From positions 13,323,353 through 13,387,352 of the forward strand of contig NC_068988.1 of assembly GCF_001194135.2 (NCBI RefSeq): DNA of 64,000 nt, read 5' to 3'. The notes below the pieces were generated by a model. It ran no database searches. It saw only the letters and a list, made by a program, of their open reading frames with translations, and was not told the DNA's origin. How positions within the stretch are numbered: position 1 is the first letter of the stretch; every line of letters begins with the position of its first letter. The translations under genes and the position numbers were made by a program. The stretch is from Octopus bimaculoides. Taxonomy: Eukaryota. Below are positions 24,543 through 36,749 of the stretch, in pieces.

Positions 24543-25389
24543 TATACAGGCAAAGAGGCTGAGTTCTTTTCGAGCCTTGGGCCTCACGGAGGCAATGACC
24601 AAGACCTTTGGCATTATGTCATTTTTGAGAAGAAGACCCATCAAGCCAAGCAAAATTGCAGTTGTGGCAGATACTAGTGTCAGCCAAATGGCACCTGTGC
24701 CAGTGGCATGTAAAAGCAGTGTTAGGAAGGGCCTCCAGCCATAGAAAACCATGCCAAATCAGAGTGGAGACTGGTGCAGCCTTCCAGCTTACCAGCGCCA
24801 GTCAAACCATCCGACCCATGCCAGCATGGACAACAGACATATGTGTTTGTGTCTTTTTATCTTGACATTGCATGAGAGTTGTAAATGAGTGTTGTTCATT
24901 TCCAATATTCTATGCGAACATACCTGGTCACGGGGAAATGTTAACCTTGCTTGGAAACAGATGAAGGTTGTTGACAGGAAATACATCTGGCCTCTGAAAA
25001 TCAGTCTCAACCTCCAGCCCATACAAGCACGAAAAAATGGATATTAAATGACGATGATTATTCATATAATTTTGTGTTTCTTATAGATCATGAAAGTTGG
25101 TGATCTAGATCGTGATAATGTACTTAGCTTCTCTGAATTTTGTCACATCATTGATAAAGCTCCAGATTTTCTAAGGTAAACAATATTTTTTAAAGCATGT
25201 ATGAATTTGCATATTATTTCAGTAAAATACTTAAATCTCTCATTCAATTATTTAAAAAAATTTTTCAGCCATAATGTCTACCTTCTCTGATAGTAGTGAA
25301 ATCCTAAGTAATTTTTGTGTTATTTTCAAGGCCTTCATTCAATTGATATTAATCACACATTATCTTGTAGCTTCAAGATATCTATATAA
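18654..25389 (+). CDS. CIB1: Calcium- and integrin-binding protein 1-like (CIB family EF-hand protein), complete, 192 aa, gene span
   Basis: Exons 18654-18704, 21652-21686, 22287-22389, 23490-23637, 23766-23899, 25087-25175 and 25371-25389 splice in frame: MGLTSSVLKQKDLDDYQQLTYFTEQEILEGFRIF...LPQLRMNPFRDRICSVFS...MNFEDFLHMMSVFSDNAPKDLKAHYAFNIYDLDNDERISERD...DLDRDNVLSFSEFCHIIDKAPDFLSFKISI*. Has the MGxxxS myristoylation motif and two C-lobe EF loops. Assignment to CIB1 rather than CIB2/3 is by resemblance only. Confidence 0.93.
20147..20204. repeat. (TA)n microsatellite
   Basis: Direct read; other TA runs at about 10678-10717, 24497-24538 and 36711-36746. Confidence 0.95.
21060..21520. mobile_element. 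DNA-transposon-like relic with a roughly 160-bp internal direct repeat and a GC-rich GCCGCCC segment
   Basis: CATAACTT.CAGAAA...GGTGTAGATT..GATTATATT...AAAACAAAAAT occurs twice (about 21123 and 21283). Confidence 0.45.
21652..21686 (+). CDS. CIB1: CIB exon 2 (QLTYFTEQEILE)
   Basis: 35 nt, cttcag acceptor, GTAAGT donor. Confidence 0.92.
22287..22389 (+). CDS. CIB1: CIB exon 3 (GFRIFKSLG...IQELPQLR)
   Basis: 103 nt, tttcag acceptor, GTAAGG donor. Confidence 0.92.
23490..23637 (+). CDS. CIB1: CIB exon 4 (MNPFRDRICSVF...YAFNIY)
   Basis: 148 nt, ttttcag acceptor, GTATGT donor. Confidence 0.96.
23766..23899 (+). CDS. CIB1: CIB exon 5 (EF-hand 3)
   Basis: 134 nt, tttcag acceptor, GTAAGT donor. 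Confidence 0.95.
25087..25175 (+). CDS. CIB1: CIB exon 6 (EF-hand 4)
   Basis: 89 nt, ttatag acceptor, AAG|GTAAAC donor. Confidence 0.95.
25371..25389 (+). CDS. CIB1: CIB exon 7 (SFKISI*)
   Basis: ttgtag acceptor; C-terminus resembles the CIB1 SFKIVL end. Confidence 0.8.
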
Positions 25390-28300
25390 TTGTTTACTTT
25401 TGGAATGACATTGTTGGGTATGCATGAGAGGTTAGATCTGGCTAGTTTGAACATAAAGCAGAATATTTGTGCCAGATATAAGTTTAATTGGTAAAGGGAG
25501 CAAAACGGTCTGCAAATCACAGAATGTGATGCAATTTATAATATAATTTTCAAGTCCCTTATGATTAATTTATGCTTTGAAACCCTGCTCAAATCAATTT
25601 TAAAGAGCAATCACATACTTGGCACTTGAAATTTATCTTTTGTGAGGAGTAAAGAGCAAAGTGGATAAGATTTTTAACTAAATTTGTGGGTTAGGGGTTC
25701 AAATCAACTGTAGACATTTCATTTCTTGATAGGCTACTTTATTCAGTAGGTCTCAGGAATTACTAATTTAGTTGACTTCAAATGTTTTCATGTTTCTTTC
25801 ATTCTATGTGTATGAACATATTACTCTGCATTTGTACAAAGAGAAGGAAAATGTCTGTCAGTTGTGTTCAATTAATTAATTTTAGTGTCTATCTCTAGTA
25901 GAAACAAGCTGAAGGTCTGATAAGCTGTGCCAAATTGTCTCATTCCATCCATTAGGGTAGCTATAACTGGTTAATCTACTTTCAAAGAATTACCTCTTTC
26001 TACACACAGCAGAAACAAAAAGTTAACTATTCACTCTGAGACCCATACAAGGATTAACTTAAATTGAAAATGAACATTATGATTAAAGCAGGCCATTTTT
26101 CAAAACTAATATTGTAATCTTTTAGTTANNNNNNNNNNTGTTCTGTGAAGCCAGAGACTAACATTTAGGTTAAGGCTCTACCAGATATTTGCCCCAGAGA
26201 AAGTCATGCTTGCATTTGTGATTTGTTTCCTTGCTGAAATATGAAGTTAAATATTATTTGAATTTTAATCAATATTCTAAAGATTTTCTTTTTTTTTTTT
26301 GCTTTGTTTCAGTTCATTTATCATTCATCTTTAAGACGGAAATCATCTGGAATGCAGTATTTCATTTTCTTTTATCTAGATGTTTCTTTTTATTATTGTT
26401 TCTACTAACATTGGTACAAGCTTACAAATTTGGTAGGAAAGATTAAGGGACTAAAATCAATCCTTGCACTTGACTGGTACTTCATTTTACTGACCCTGGA
26501 AAAAATGGAAGATAAAGTTGGCCTTGGTGGAATTCGAACTTACAAAAAGACCCATAACTAAATTGACAGCATTTTATCCAACACTAACACTGCTGCTACT
26601 GAATCGAAGACCGAGACATCAACTTCAAATACTTATGGGAAGAAAACAACAAAATTGAAAGCTCAAACAAACTCTCAGGATTTTATACAACTGAAGGACA
26701 TTATTACAAGTAAGCAATAATATATGGTGATTGTGGCAGAATTGACGTGAAAAAAAAGCCAAAATTTGTTGATGTATGTTGTTGTTGTGTAGTCCCGATT
26801 GAGCAGTCTTATGGCATGCAGGTGCAATCCACAGCGCTATCTTTTCACCTCATTGAAGACCAAACTGCTCCCTCTATTGTCCATTCTATTTTTATACATC
26901 TCTAGATTCTGACGGTAGCCTCAACAGAGGTGACAGATGCCAGTCTTCTGTACTTCTTGTTGTACATCCCAGCACAGTGTTTGTGGCCAGCGAAATTATT
27001 GATGTTGCAGCTATTTGTGTGTGTTTCTTACGCTTTCCTGAAGCGAGCAGGAGAGAAGTTTTTAGGTTGTGCTCTGAGGTATGATTTCATGTAATGATAG
27101 GATAGGAAACAACTGGGATGCTGACGATATAGCATATAGCATGGCTGACTGGACATTCAACCTGTTTAGACACTGGTACAAATACATGATTGACAAACAC
27201 TTTCCCCTCTCTTCATAAATATAAAGAAGAAACATTCCCAAAGTGCCACACAATCCAACAGAGAACGAAGGGGAGACACAAAATGGCTGATGTCAAATAA
27301 GTCAGCATTGAATCAGTTTTGCCAGATAAGCAGTTCCAAAATGTTTCATACTCATAATAGGGACCATGTAAGCTGAAGTTTTCTAAGGCAACAAACCAGG
27401 CTCCTTGTATGTCTAGGCGATCTTTCATTTTCACTATTTTTGTTTCAGTATTAGGTGGTCTGTGAAGACAGAGCTTAGTGGTTAGGGTATTGGGCTTATG
27501 ATTGTAAGGTTTTGAGTTCGATTGCTGCTGGCACATTGTGTCCTTGAATAAGATGCTTTATTTCACATTGCCCCAGTCCACTCAGCTGTAATTCAGAGGG
27601 CCAGCCATGTCATACCGTGTGTCACGTGTTTGTGAAGTACTCGGCTACTTACACGTTAATTTCACATGCAGGCTGTGTCCCACTGATTGGATTAACAGGC
27701 ACACTTGTCATCATAACCGACAGGAGTAGCAGTTATGTGGTCTGTGTACAATCAGTGTAGTGTAGGGGTTTTTTGTTATTTTTGTATCCTTTGAGCTGAT
27801 TGTAGTTTGTTGAAAAATTAGTGTCCTGATAGGACTGGCATAGCCCACGATGGGCCTAATGTGTCGTTTGTACACCGTTGTTGTTTGTTTCTGTTGATCA
27901 GTCAAATGTGAGATCTGTAATTGTAAATATTCTATTTTAATACCTGTTTACCAAATGTGGTACCAGTGACTGCAAGTAAAATTCTATTTTATTATCTGAT
28001 TGCAAATATAACCTCACCACTTAATTAATCTATCAATCAAATGTGATAACAGTGATTACAAATAAAATTCTATTTATTACTTTTTAACTGATATTTGAAT
28101 CAATATGATGTTAAAATTCCAAAACAGCCGAATCTTTGTCACATCTTCAAAAGGGATCATTTATCAAATTTATTACAATGAACCAACAAGGAAGCCTCTC
28201 TGCAGTTGTGAGGTCATGACTGAAATTCCTTTGGTCATAGGACTGCGGCTATGCTGGAGAACCACTTTGAAGAGGTTTGTCAAATAAATCAATCTCAGTA

Positions 28301-28955
28301 CTTATTTTTCAAGTTTGGTACTTATTCTATCAGTTTCTTTTGCTGAAGTGCTAAGTTACAGAGACATAAACAAAGCAATACTGGTTATCAAGTAATTGTT
28401 GGGTGACAAACACAAAACATACATCTATGGCAGGCTTCCACATAGTTTCTGTCTACCAAATTCAGTCACAAGGCAATGCTTAACCCAGGACTATAGCAGA
28501 AGACAATTGCCCAAAGTACTGTACAGTGGGACTGAACCTGAAACCATGTGACTGCAAAGGGATCTTTATAACCACATGACCAAAATTATAACATTCTGAC
28601 GACAGTCAGAAACCAAATCTTAATGCACTGTGTTGTACATAAACATTCTAAATATCAGATTATTGGTCTTGAAAATTATTATCTAAGATTAAAGAAACTG
28701 AAAGGATTAAAAAAAGAAAGCAAGAGATCAAAATTTTTTTTTATCAATGATTATATTTTTACTTTTGAGTATGTGTGTGTAAATGTTTGTGATGTTTTGT
28801 AAAAGAGTCCAACTTGATAAGAAATTCTTCATGAAAGATGTGTATGAAAGAAAAATTACAGGAAACAAAAGTATTCTATATGTATGTCAGTATTACAAGA
28901 TTAAAAATTTTACAGATGAGAAAATGCAGTTAACAGTTCTTATTTGTATGCCCTA

Positions 28956-29304
28956 CTAGTCACTCATGTCCATGTCCATTTGTTGAAGGTTTACATCTGA
29001 AGCTAACTGGTCTCCTATACTAGATGGTACAACACTCTCACGTTCAGGGCTACCTTCTATGATTGTAGGTTCAGTAACTGTGGGAGCATTGGCAACAGTA
29101 TACACCTTTTCAGCCTTGCCCTCCCCACTCACATAGCCCTTTTCCTCTTCATCATAGTCACGAGTGACACGAGTGCTGTCAGTCTTTATGGAGGATTTCT
29201 CTTCCTTGTCACTACGGTGTTCCTTGTGTTTTTTCTTACTCTTACCCTCTTTTTCACGACTTCTCTCTCTGCTCCTTTCTCTCGGTTCTTTCTTTTTCTT
29301 ACTC
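28956..29304 (-). CDS. SREK1: SR gene last coding exon (SKKKKEPRE...VTRDYDEEE...MDMDMSD*)
   Basis: 349 nt, gtgttgcag acceptor; ORF 28956-29315 in the track. Confidence 0.95.
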
Positions 29305-32300
29305 CTGCAACACAAACAAACAATAGTTTTAATTCATTTTGATTAATTACAACACATTAACAAAATTTAACCCAGTCACAGCATATTCCTGCTATAGTGG
29401 GAATAGGTTAAATGTCATTTCTGTTGAATTCCCAGTAAAATGGTAAAAAGCAACACACCAAAAAAGATGAAGCTGGTTCTGTCCATTAGTTTGCCCACAA
29501 TTGTTATTCTTAAGCTGTGTATACAACTATTAATGTTTTTGCTCAGGAGCCCAAGTGGAGGGTGAAGTTAGACACGGGGGCTCCAAGTCTGAGAGGATTA
29601 ATTTTCTAGGTCCCACCCATGCTAGCATGGAATACGGACATTAAATGATGATGATACTGAATTGCAATACATTAACAAGAAAGTTTTGTACATTATATAC
29701 ACGTGTGGATTATCATCATTGTTTAACGTCTGCTTTCCATGCTGACAATGGGTTGGACTGAGGACTGGCAAGTCAGTAGGCTGCTCCAATCCGATCTGGC
29801 ATGGTTTCTACAGATGCCCTTCCTAACACCAACCACTCCAAGAGGGTAGTGGGTGCTTTTTACATGCCATCAGCATGGAAGCCAGTCAGGGGACACTGGC
29901 ATCGACCACGTTCGGATGTTGCTTTTTATGTGCCACTGGCATGGGAGCCAGTTAGGAGGCACTGGCACAGGAACCATTTAGTGGGCACAGGCATCAACCA
30001 CGTTCGCATAGTGCTTTTTACACTCCACTGGCACATAAATATAATATATAATTTAAAACATTTTGAAAACTTAAAACATTATATACTATAGATTTTTCTG
30101 AAGCAAATCAAAGTTGGAAACATTTATGATTTATTAAACAACAGCTTAAGTTTGTACTTAAGTATTTTTGTAGGGATTAGTAAGCATTTTCCAAAACAAT
30201 GAATAATTGTCCAAAATACCTTGATGATTTATGTCTGGAACCACTACGTGAACGTGAGCGTCGATTACGAGGAGGACTGGTAGACCGGCGTCTAGGGTTG
30301 CGATTAGGTCGGTTGCGACTGCAACAACAAAAAACATACGACATACATATTTACATAAAAAAAAATAAACACTAAAATGCTATTGTTTGGAACATTAAAA
30401 AAAAAGGTAACTTCCTAAAGAAATAAAGGATTTCAAAGAAAAACTAATTATTCCCATCGATAAATTGAATTAAATTATTATTAAGGAAACCTATGATATA
30501 ATAAGTTTTACCCTTTAGCATTCAGATTACTGTCAAATGTTATTTTTATTTATTCACACTGTTTTAAATTAATCATGCATTATCTCATAGCTTTGAGATT
30601 TTGATGGCATATATATTGTAGGATAAGTACAAAAGATTGGATCTGGCCAGTTTGAATGTAAAACAAGAGGAATATCTGTGCCAGATACGGACAGCTTAAA
30701 TGCTAATGAGTTAAGTGATAAGCAAAAGATGTTAAAATTATTCATAACTGAATTTCTTGATATTTTTAGCATCAATGGAACAAATATTTTTACAGCTTGA
30801 TGCCTTTCCTGACGCTAATCACTTAACCATACGTTAAGAATGGTGTCTTTTACATCTCAGTGAACTGAGATCAATAACTGTTGCTTCATAGCAGAGTGTG
30901 ATCTCATTAACCTTTGGATTAATAATCAAATATTTTAGTTCATACATTTCTTAAATTTAAATTGTGAAAACTTTACAACTGTATCTCTTTATTAATGTTA
31001 AGTCAATGCTAGAATTATTGTGAATACATTTTATACCTATAACAACCAATGTCTTTACTAATTCACCTTCTAACCTAACTTTAGATCAAAGGGAGCCCTA
31101 TCCCACCTCTATCTCTAAAACAGGTAAGTTAGAATGTGGTAACAATCTAAAACAATATCTGTTTTGGCTGTACAAGAAAAACAAGATAATATTTTAAAAT
31201 CTTCCATGATATAGCAAATGAAAGAGGACTTACAAATAGGAGAGCAGGAAACTGCACATACAAAAGAAAAAAAGAATTGGTTCATATATTGTACACAAGT
31301 CAAACCTAGAAACTATTACAAATAAACAAAAGCAAAGTTGAGCAACTCAAAGGACAGTATTATTTATTGTTTTGTATACATACTAACCTGTGAGATCTTC
31401 GAGATTTTTTGCTTGGTGTTCTACTACGACTCCTCTTTTCATGAGAGCTGTTGACATAAAAAAAATAGATATATAAATAAATAATAATTGTGGTATGAAT
31501 AGTGTTGTATGGGAGTTGAATGGTGATAGTGACAGTTATATTCTTGAAAGAAGGAGATTAAAATATGGGTTCTTAAATGATGTGTGTTGAAATTTCACTG
31601 ACACAAATTTTCTATGGCTGGATGCTCCTTCTGTTGCCAAATTTCACCTGTTTCCAAACAAGGCAATATATTCCTTAGTTTTTTGAACAAGAACAACACA
31701 CTGGTTGGACATGTTTTCATAGAAGATTGTAAGTGAAAGACACCATTTATGATAGTAACATTTGTTTACAATTAGCCAGAAATGTCAAGGCAAGGTGACA
31801 ATGGGTTTCTTCCAGTTTCCATTTACCAAATCAGCTCACAAAGCTTTGCTCAGTCTGGGGCAGTAGTAAAAGACACTTGCCCATGGTACCATGCAGTGGG
31901 ATTGAACTTGAAACCACATGATTGCAAAGTGAACTTTATTTTATTAATGGTTGGCTAAAGGAAGGCTGTAAAAATATGACAAGCACAACAAAAACATATT
32001 TGTAGGTTGTTTTTTGTTTTTTTTTTTTGCTTTCTGTGCCAGATGACAAATGAAAGTCATGATGATGATAATAGAAGTCTTGAAGTATGAAGAATCATGA
32101 CAAGCAGAAGAAATATATGCCAATAAATGATGGTGCATACTCGGAAATATCATACTCTTGGAAAACAAAAATTAAGACAACAGTGTTATATTGAAAAAAA
32201 GTATGGTTATGAATGTGTGGTGATGATGACCAAAAGAGTACAATCACAAATACAAGAAGCCAAAATGGGTTTCCTGCAAAGGATCACTGAATTGATGTTA

Positions 32301-35300
32301 CACGATAGGGAGCATAGCTCAGAGATCAGGGAGGATCTCCAAGTCAAACTGCTACTTCTCAACACTGACAGGTCACAGCATGGGTACTACAGACGTGATT
32401 AGAATGTGGCAGAATCACAAGATTGATTCTACAAGTCCAGCCAACTGGTAGGAGACCTAGGGGCAGACCAAGAGTGAGAAGGTCAGATATCATCATCCAA
32501 TCTCAGTTGGTTATGCTTGGGAATCCAGCTGGAAAGTCTAATGATAGTTGCTTCTGATAGGACTCTATGGGGGAGGCATCAGAGGACTCTCCCCAATGAC
32601 AAGAATAGTGGGCAGAAAAAAAAAAAACCGGATGGATTAATACTTTTAGATTTCACTTTAATAGTGTTTTTCTACGGTGCTTAACAGAGTTTGGAAAGAA
32701 AGAAGAGGTAAGTACAAAATCTACCTTGATTTTCTTTCTGGAGAGGAGTCCTTGTCATCATCCTTCAGGGGAAGGGAACATTCCCTTGTAAGTTTAGGAG
32801 GAGATGGGCTGATGTATTTCTTTTTCACTGGTGACTTTTGTCGACTTCGGCTACGAGACCGACGCTTTATTGGTCTGAAATCAGGAGGTTAATAACAGAA
32901 TAACTTCATAGCCTTATATATAAACACATACACACACACATATGGTGGACTGTTCCATTAATTTCAACTTATAAGCCTCCTATTATTCTAGTTGGGCACA
33001 CTCTTAATATAATTCCCTGGCAAAATAAGGATGACAGTGTGTGACATGACTGAACCTTTCACTATCTGATGGGCTTCTACACAGTTTCTGCTAACTCAAT
33101 TTCACTCACAAACCTATGCTAAAAGCCCTTTCCCCATGATGCCATGCTGTGGGATCAAACCCAAGACCTTACAGTTGCAAAGTGAACCTCTTAATCACTC
33201 AGCCATGGCTTCATATATGTTGTTCAGGGTCTGACTTCAACCTGCTTCCAGTAATAGGGCCCTGGTACAAGAGTCCCAGGGTTTTGAGGAGTATAGAACT
33301 ACCTCTTAGCCACTATTATTCCTAGGTCTACTCTGACCTGAAGTAGTAGCACCTGTTAGGGTCCCTGTGTCTGAATGTTAGAATGGTTTGCATTTATTAT
33401 GTACAACAGAATGACTGATAAATATCTGTGTTAAGAGAAATGTTTTATAATGACTTAGTGAAAAATGTGATTATAAAATAATGAAAAAAAATAAAGACAT
33501 ACCGAGGTGGAGTCCGAGAACGCCTGGCACTGTATGCTTTGGGAGGAGTACGTCTGTTAAAAGAGTATATTTAACTTAAAATAGATATAAATTAAAGTAA
33601 CCTACATTTTTATAATTTTTATTTGTGAAATGATGAATATTATTAATAGAAAAAGATGCTAAACCAGCTAACACAAGTGAATAATTCACCTATTCAACTA
33701 AAACTTAAAGAAGGCTAAAACATCACGTGTGAAAAACTTATCATAAAATGAGCATTATTCTGAAGTTTGTGCTTCAATTGTGTATATTGGATTTTCGGAT
33801 CTTTTTTAAAACGGGGGCCACATTTTTCATTAACGAAACACTTTGAAACTTGGAACACTGGTAGAATGTGTCGTATAAAACATCTTTTTCTCTTAGTCTT
33901 CTTAAAAAAAAAAGAAATCCATAAGTTATTCCATGTTAAAGTTGTCGTATTTCTGTAATTTCAACCAATCACTGACGTCTATTCAGCCGATATACATTAA
34001 GTGCCGACTACATAAACAAACGATTCTGAAACAATTAACCCTAACGTTAGGGTTAGGGTTAAAGCAAATAAAACGAAGGTATGGAGATTAAATACGCTTT
34101 ACACCGCTTAATCAGCCAAAGGGAGTAAATATAAACAACTGAATACTTGTCAGTGATTGGTTGAAATTATCGAAATAAGAAATTATCGAAATAAGAAATA
34201 AATTCGAATACAAAAATATTTTTCTGTTCTATAACACAAAATAGATAAGTATACGAAGTTTGAAAGTCTTTCCATACCAAAAACACTACGTAAAACATTA
34301 ATGAAAAATGTGGCCCCCGTTTTAAAATAGATCCGGATTTTCCTTTGTAACATCATTCACTGCTTTCTTTATTAGGGGAGACAAATTCTTGTCCAGGGAT
34401 GAATTTCCATCTCCCTCCAATATTTATTAGAATAGCACATCTATAAGAGATGTTATCTCAGAACAAATACCACAGTGAGTGACCTGCCAATGGTGTATAT
34501 ATATTAAGTATGATATACAGATAGCTATTTTAATTTAATACTTGCCTCACTGACATACACCTGGGTGAAATTCTAAGACTAACTGAGATGGCAATCTAAA
34601 ATGGTTTTTATACTTAACATACCTTGTTCTAGATCTTGATCTTTTGCGATGTGGACTTCTGGATTTTCTCCCTCTAGAGCGAGATCGGGGATGACGTGTC
34701 CTATTTAAAAAGAGAAAAAGTTTCACAAATTTAAGAAATTAAAAAAATACAAGTTAAAGCATAAGAGATCATTCTGATGAGATCCACACGAATCAAGAGA
34801 ACTTCCAACAATCTTACTGAATACCTATTAATCCATTCTATATCATAAAATATAGCAGTTATAAGGTGGTTACACATCTATTCATTATATAAGCAAAAAG
34901 TCACATCTATGAGAGAAATGGAACTCAATTTTATCTACAACACCACTTGACTGGTACCTTATTTTATTCATCCCTGGAAGGCAAAGTTAACTGTAGCAAG
35001 ACTTGAACTCAAGTATAGAGGTTAAATATGAAACAAAGCCTTAGAGAAGCTACCACAAAAGCAGCTAATTACTTAATTTTGGTTTTGTGAATCAATTTTT
35101 GTATATTTTAGAAGAAATGATTCATCTCAAAAGAAACAGGAAAAGGTATGGAAACCACCTCCTTGGCTTCCATACATTTTCTGAGTATTAGGCTCATGGC
35201 TTATGATTAATAGGTTTCAATATTACATTCTGGTCAAAAACTCTTATCTCATTCTAGATAACATAAACAGGATGTTTTACAGTGAAACAGTACGGGGAAA

Positions 35301-36709
35301 AAGCATGCAATTGTTTAAATCTGAAGAGCAATGGAAAAAAACAAACAAAACATGTATACGAGCATTAGTTTCATAGCTTGTACAAGTGATTTTGCTTAAT
35401 TGCATATCAGATATTGGTATAGTTCAGTTTAATGAATAACTTTTCAAAACACTGAAGCATTTAAGCATCGAATCTATGAAACATTGATTGGTTAACTGCA
35501 TATGCAAATAATATCAATTTGGGTTAGTTACATAAGATATTTTTCATATCATTTTGAATATGAAGAAAATGGTTGATGAAAATGTAGCACAAAAATGAAC
35601 ATCTATTTGATTGATATAAATGAAGTTGATTCTGGAAGGTTGTTTTCATGATGAGCTAAAATGACAACACTCAATACTTCATGTTTACAAACAATGTATT
35701 CAAGTTATCGTTACCTTGAATTAAAGCCTACTGAAGTTCAGATTCTAGTGACTATTTTTATCTCAAGCTTGTGTAATGAAATGCTTCAATAAATAAATCT
35801 TACTTGTAGGTAAAATTTGTAAAAATAACGCTAAATTAAGTGAAGCGTAGATGATAATTTTGTTTTGTTTTCATTGTCAACTACATTAGCCTGTAACTAG
35901 CCTGCAATTAGTCATTAAATTTTCTTTAATCTGTATGACACTAATTATCATTAATTTGAAGTGTAAAAATCATTGTCTGGACACATGAATCTGACCAAGC
36001 TTGGGAAATTACAAAGGGATTGAGAAACCTTTTAGAGATAAGTCGAGCAATTTTCCTTTATTAGTTCAATAAAGGCAACAAGTGCAAGGAATATTAATGC
36101 AGTATACAGGGATCGGACAATAAGCATAAGCTGGTGTCAGTGGTAGTTCCAGAAATTCCAAGCCAGAAACTACAGCCTAGAAGACATGCCTCGTCTTGGA
36201 AGATCTGTAGAACTCAATAAGGATGTCTTGCAAACCCTGGTGGAGCAAAATCCCATTGTAACTGTTGAACTAGCAGAGTTCAACCATTCCTCAATACCTG
36301 TGAGCCATCTGAAATGACCATCTTTGATTTCAAGACGAAAGGTGCTCTTCCATCAGGACATGCTCGGCCACATACAATGAAGATAACATTACAAACGCTG
36401 GGGCAGTTTGAATGGGAAATGATGCCCCACCCACCATATTCGCTGGACATTGCCCCATCTGATTATCATTTATTCCGTAGTTGGAGGGAAAAATTATGAA
36501 TTCTACAGACAAGGTCAGAACAGTACCGGAGGAGTATTTTTAGTCACAGGAAAGTGAATTTTGGAAAAGGGGCTTTGCAAGTACACCAGATAGATGGAAG
36601 AGCATTGTAGAAAATGAAGAAGAGTACATTTTAAATTAAAAAAGAACTTTATATCTTAATTTTGAAAAATAAAAGTATAAAAAACCTGCATTATTTATGG
36701 GATGACTCA

Positions 36710-36749
<40 letters not shown>

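Noticed and set aside
34751-34816. Extra 66-nt open phase 2-2 exon upstream of exon 9
   Set aside because: It would leave a 50-nt intron and has a weak pyrimidine tract and weak donor.
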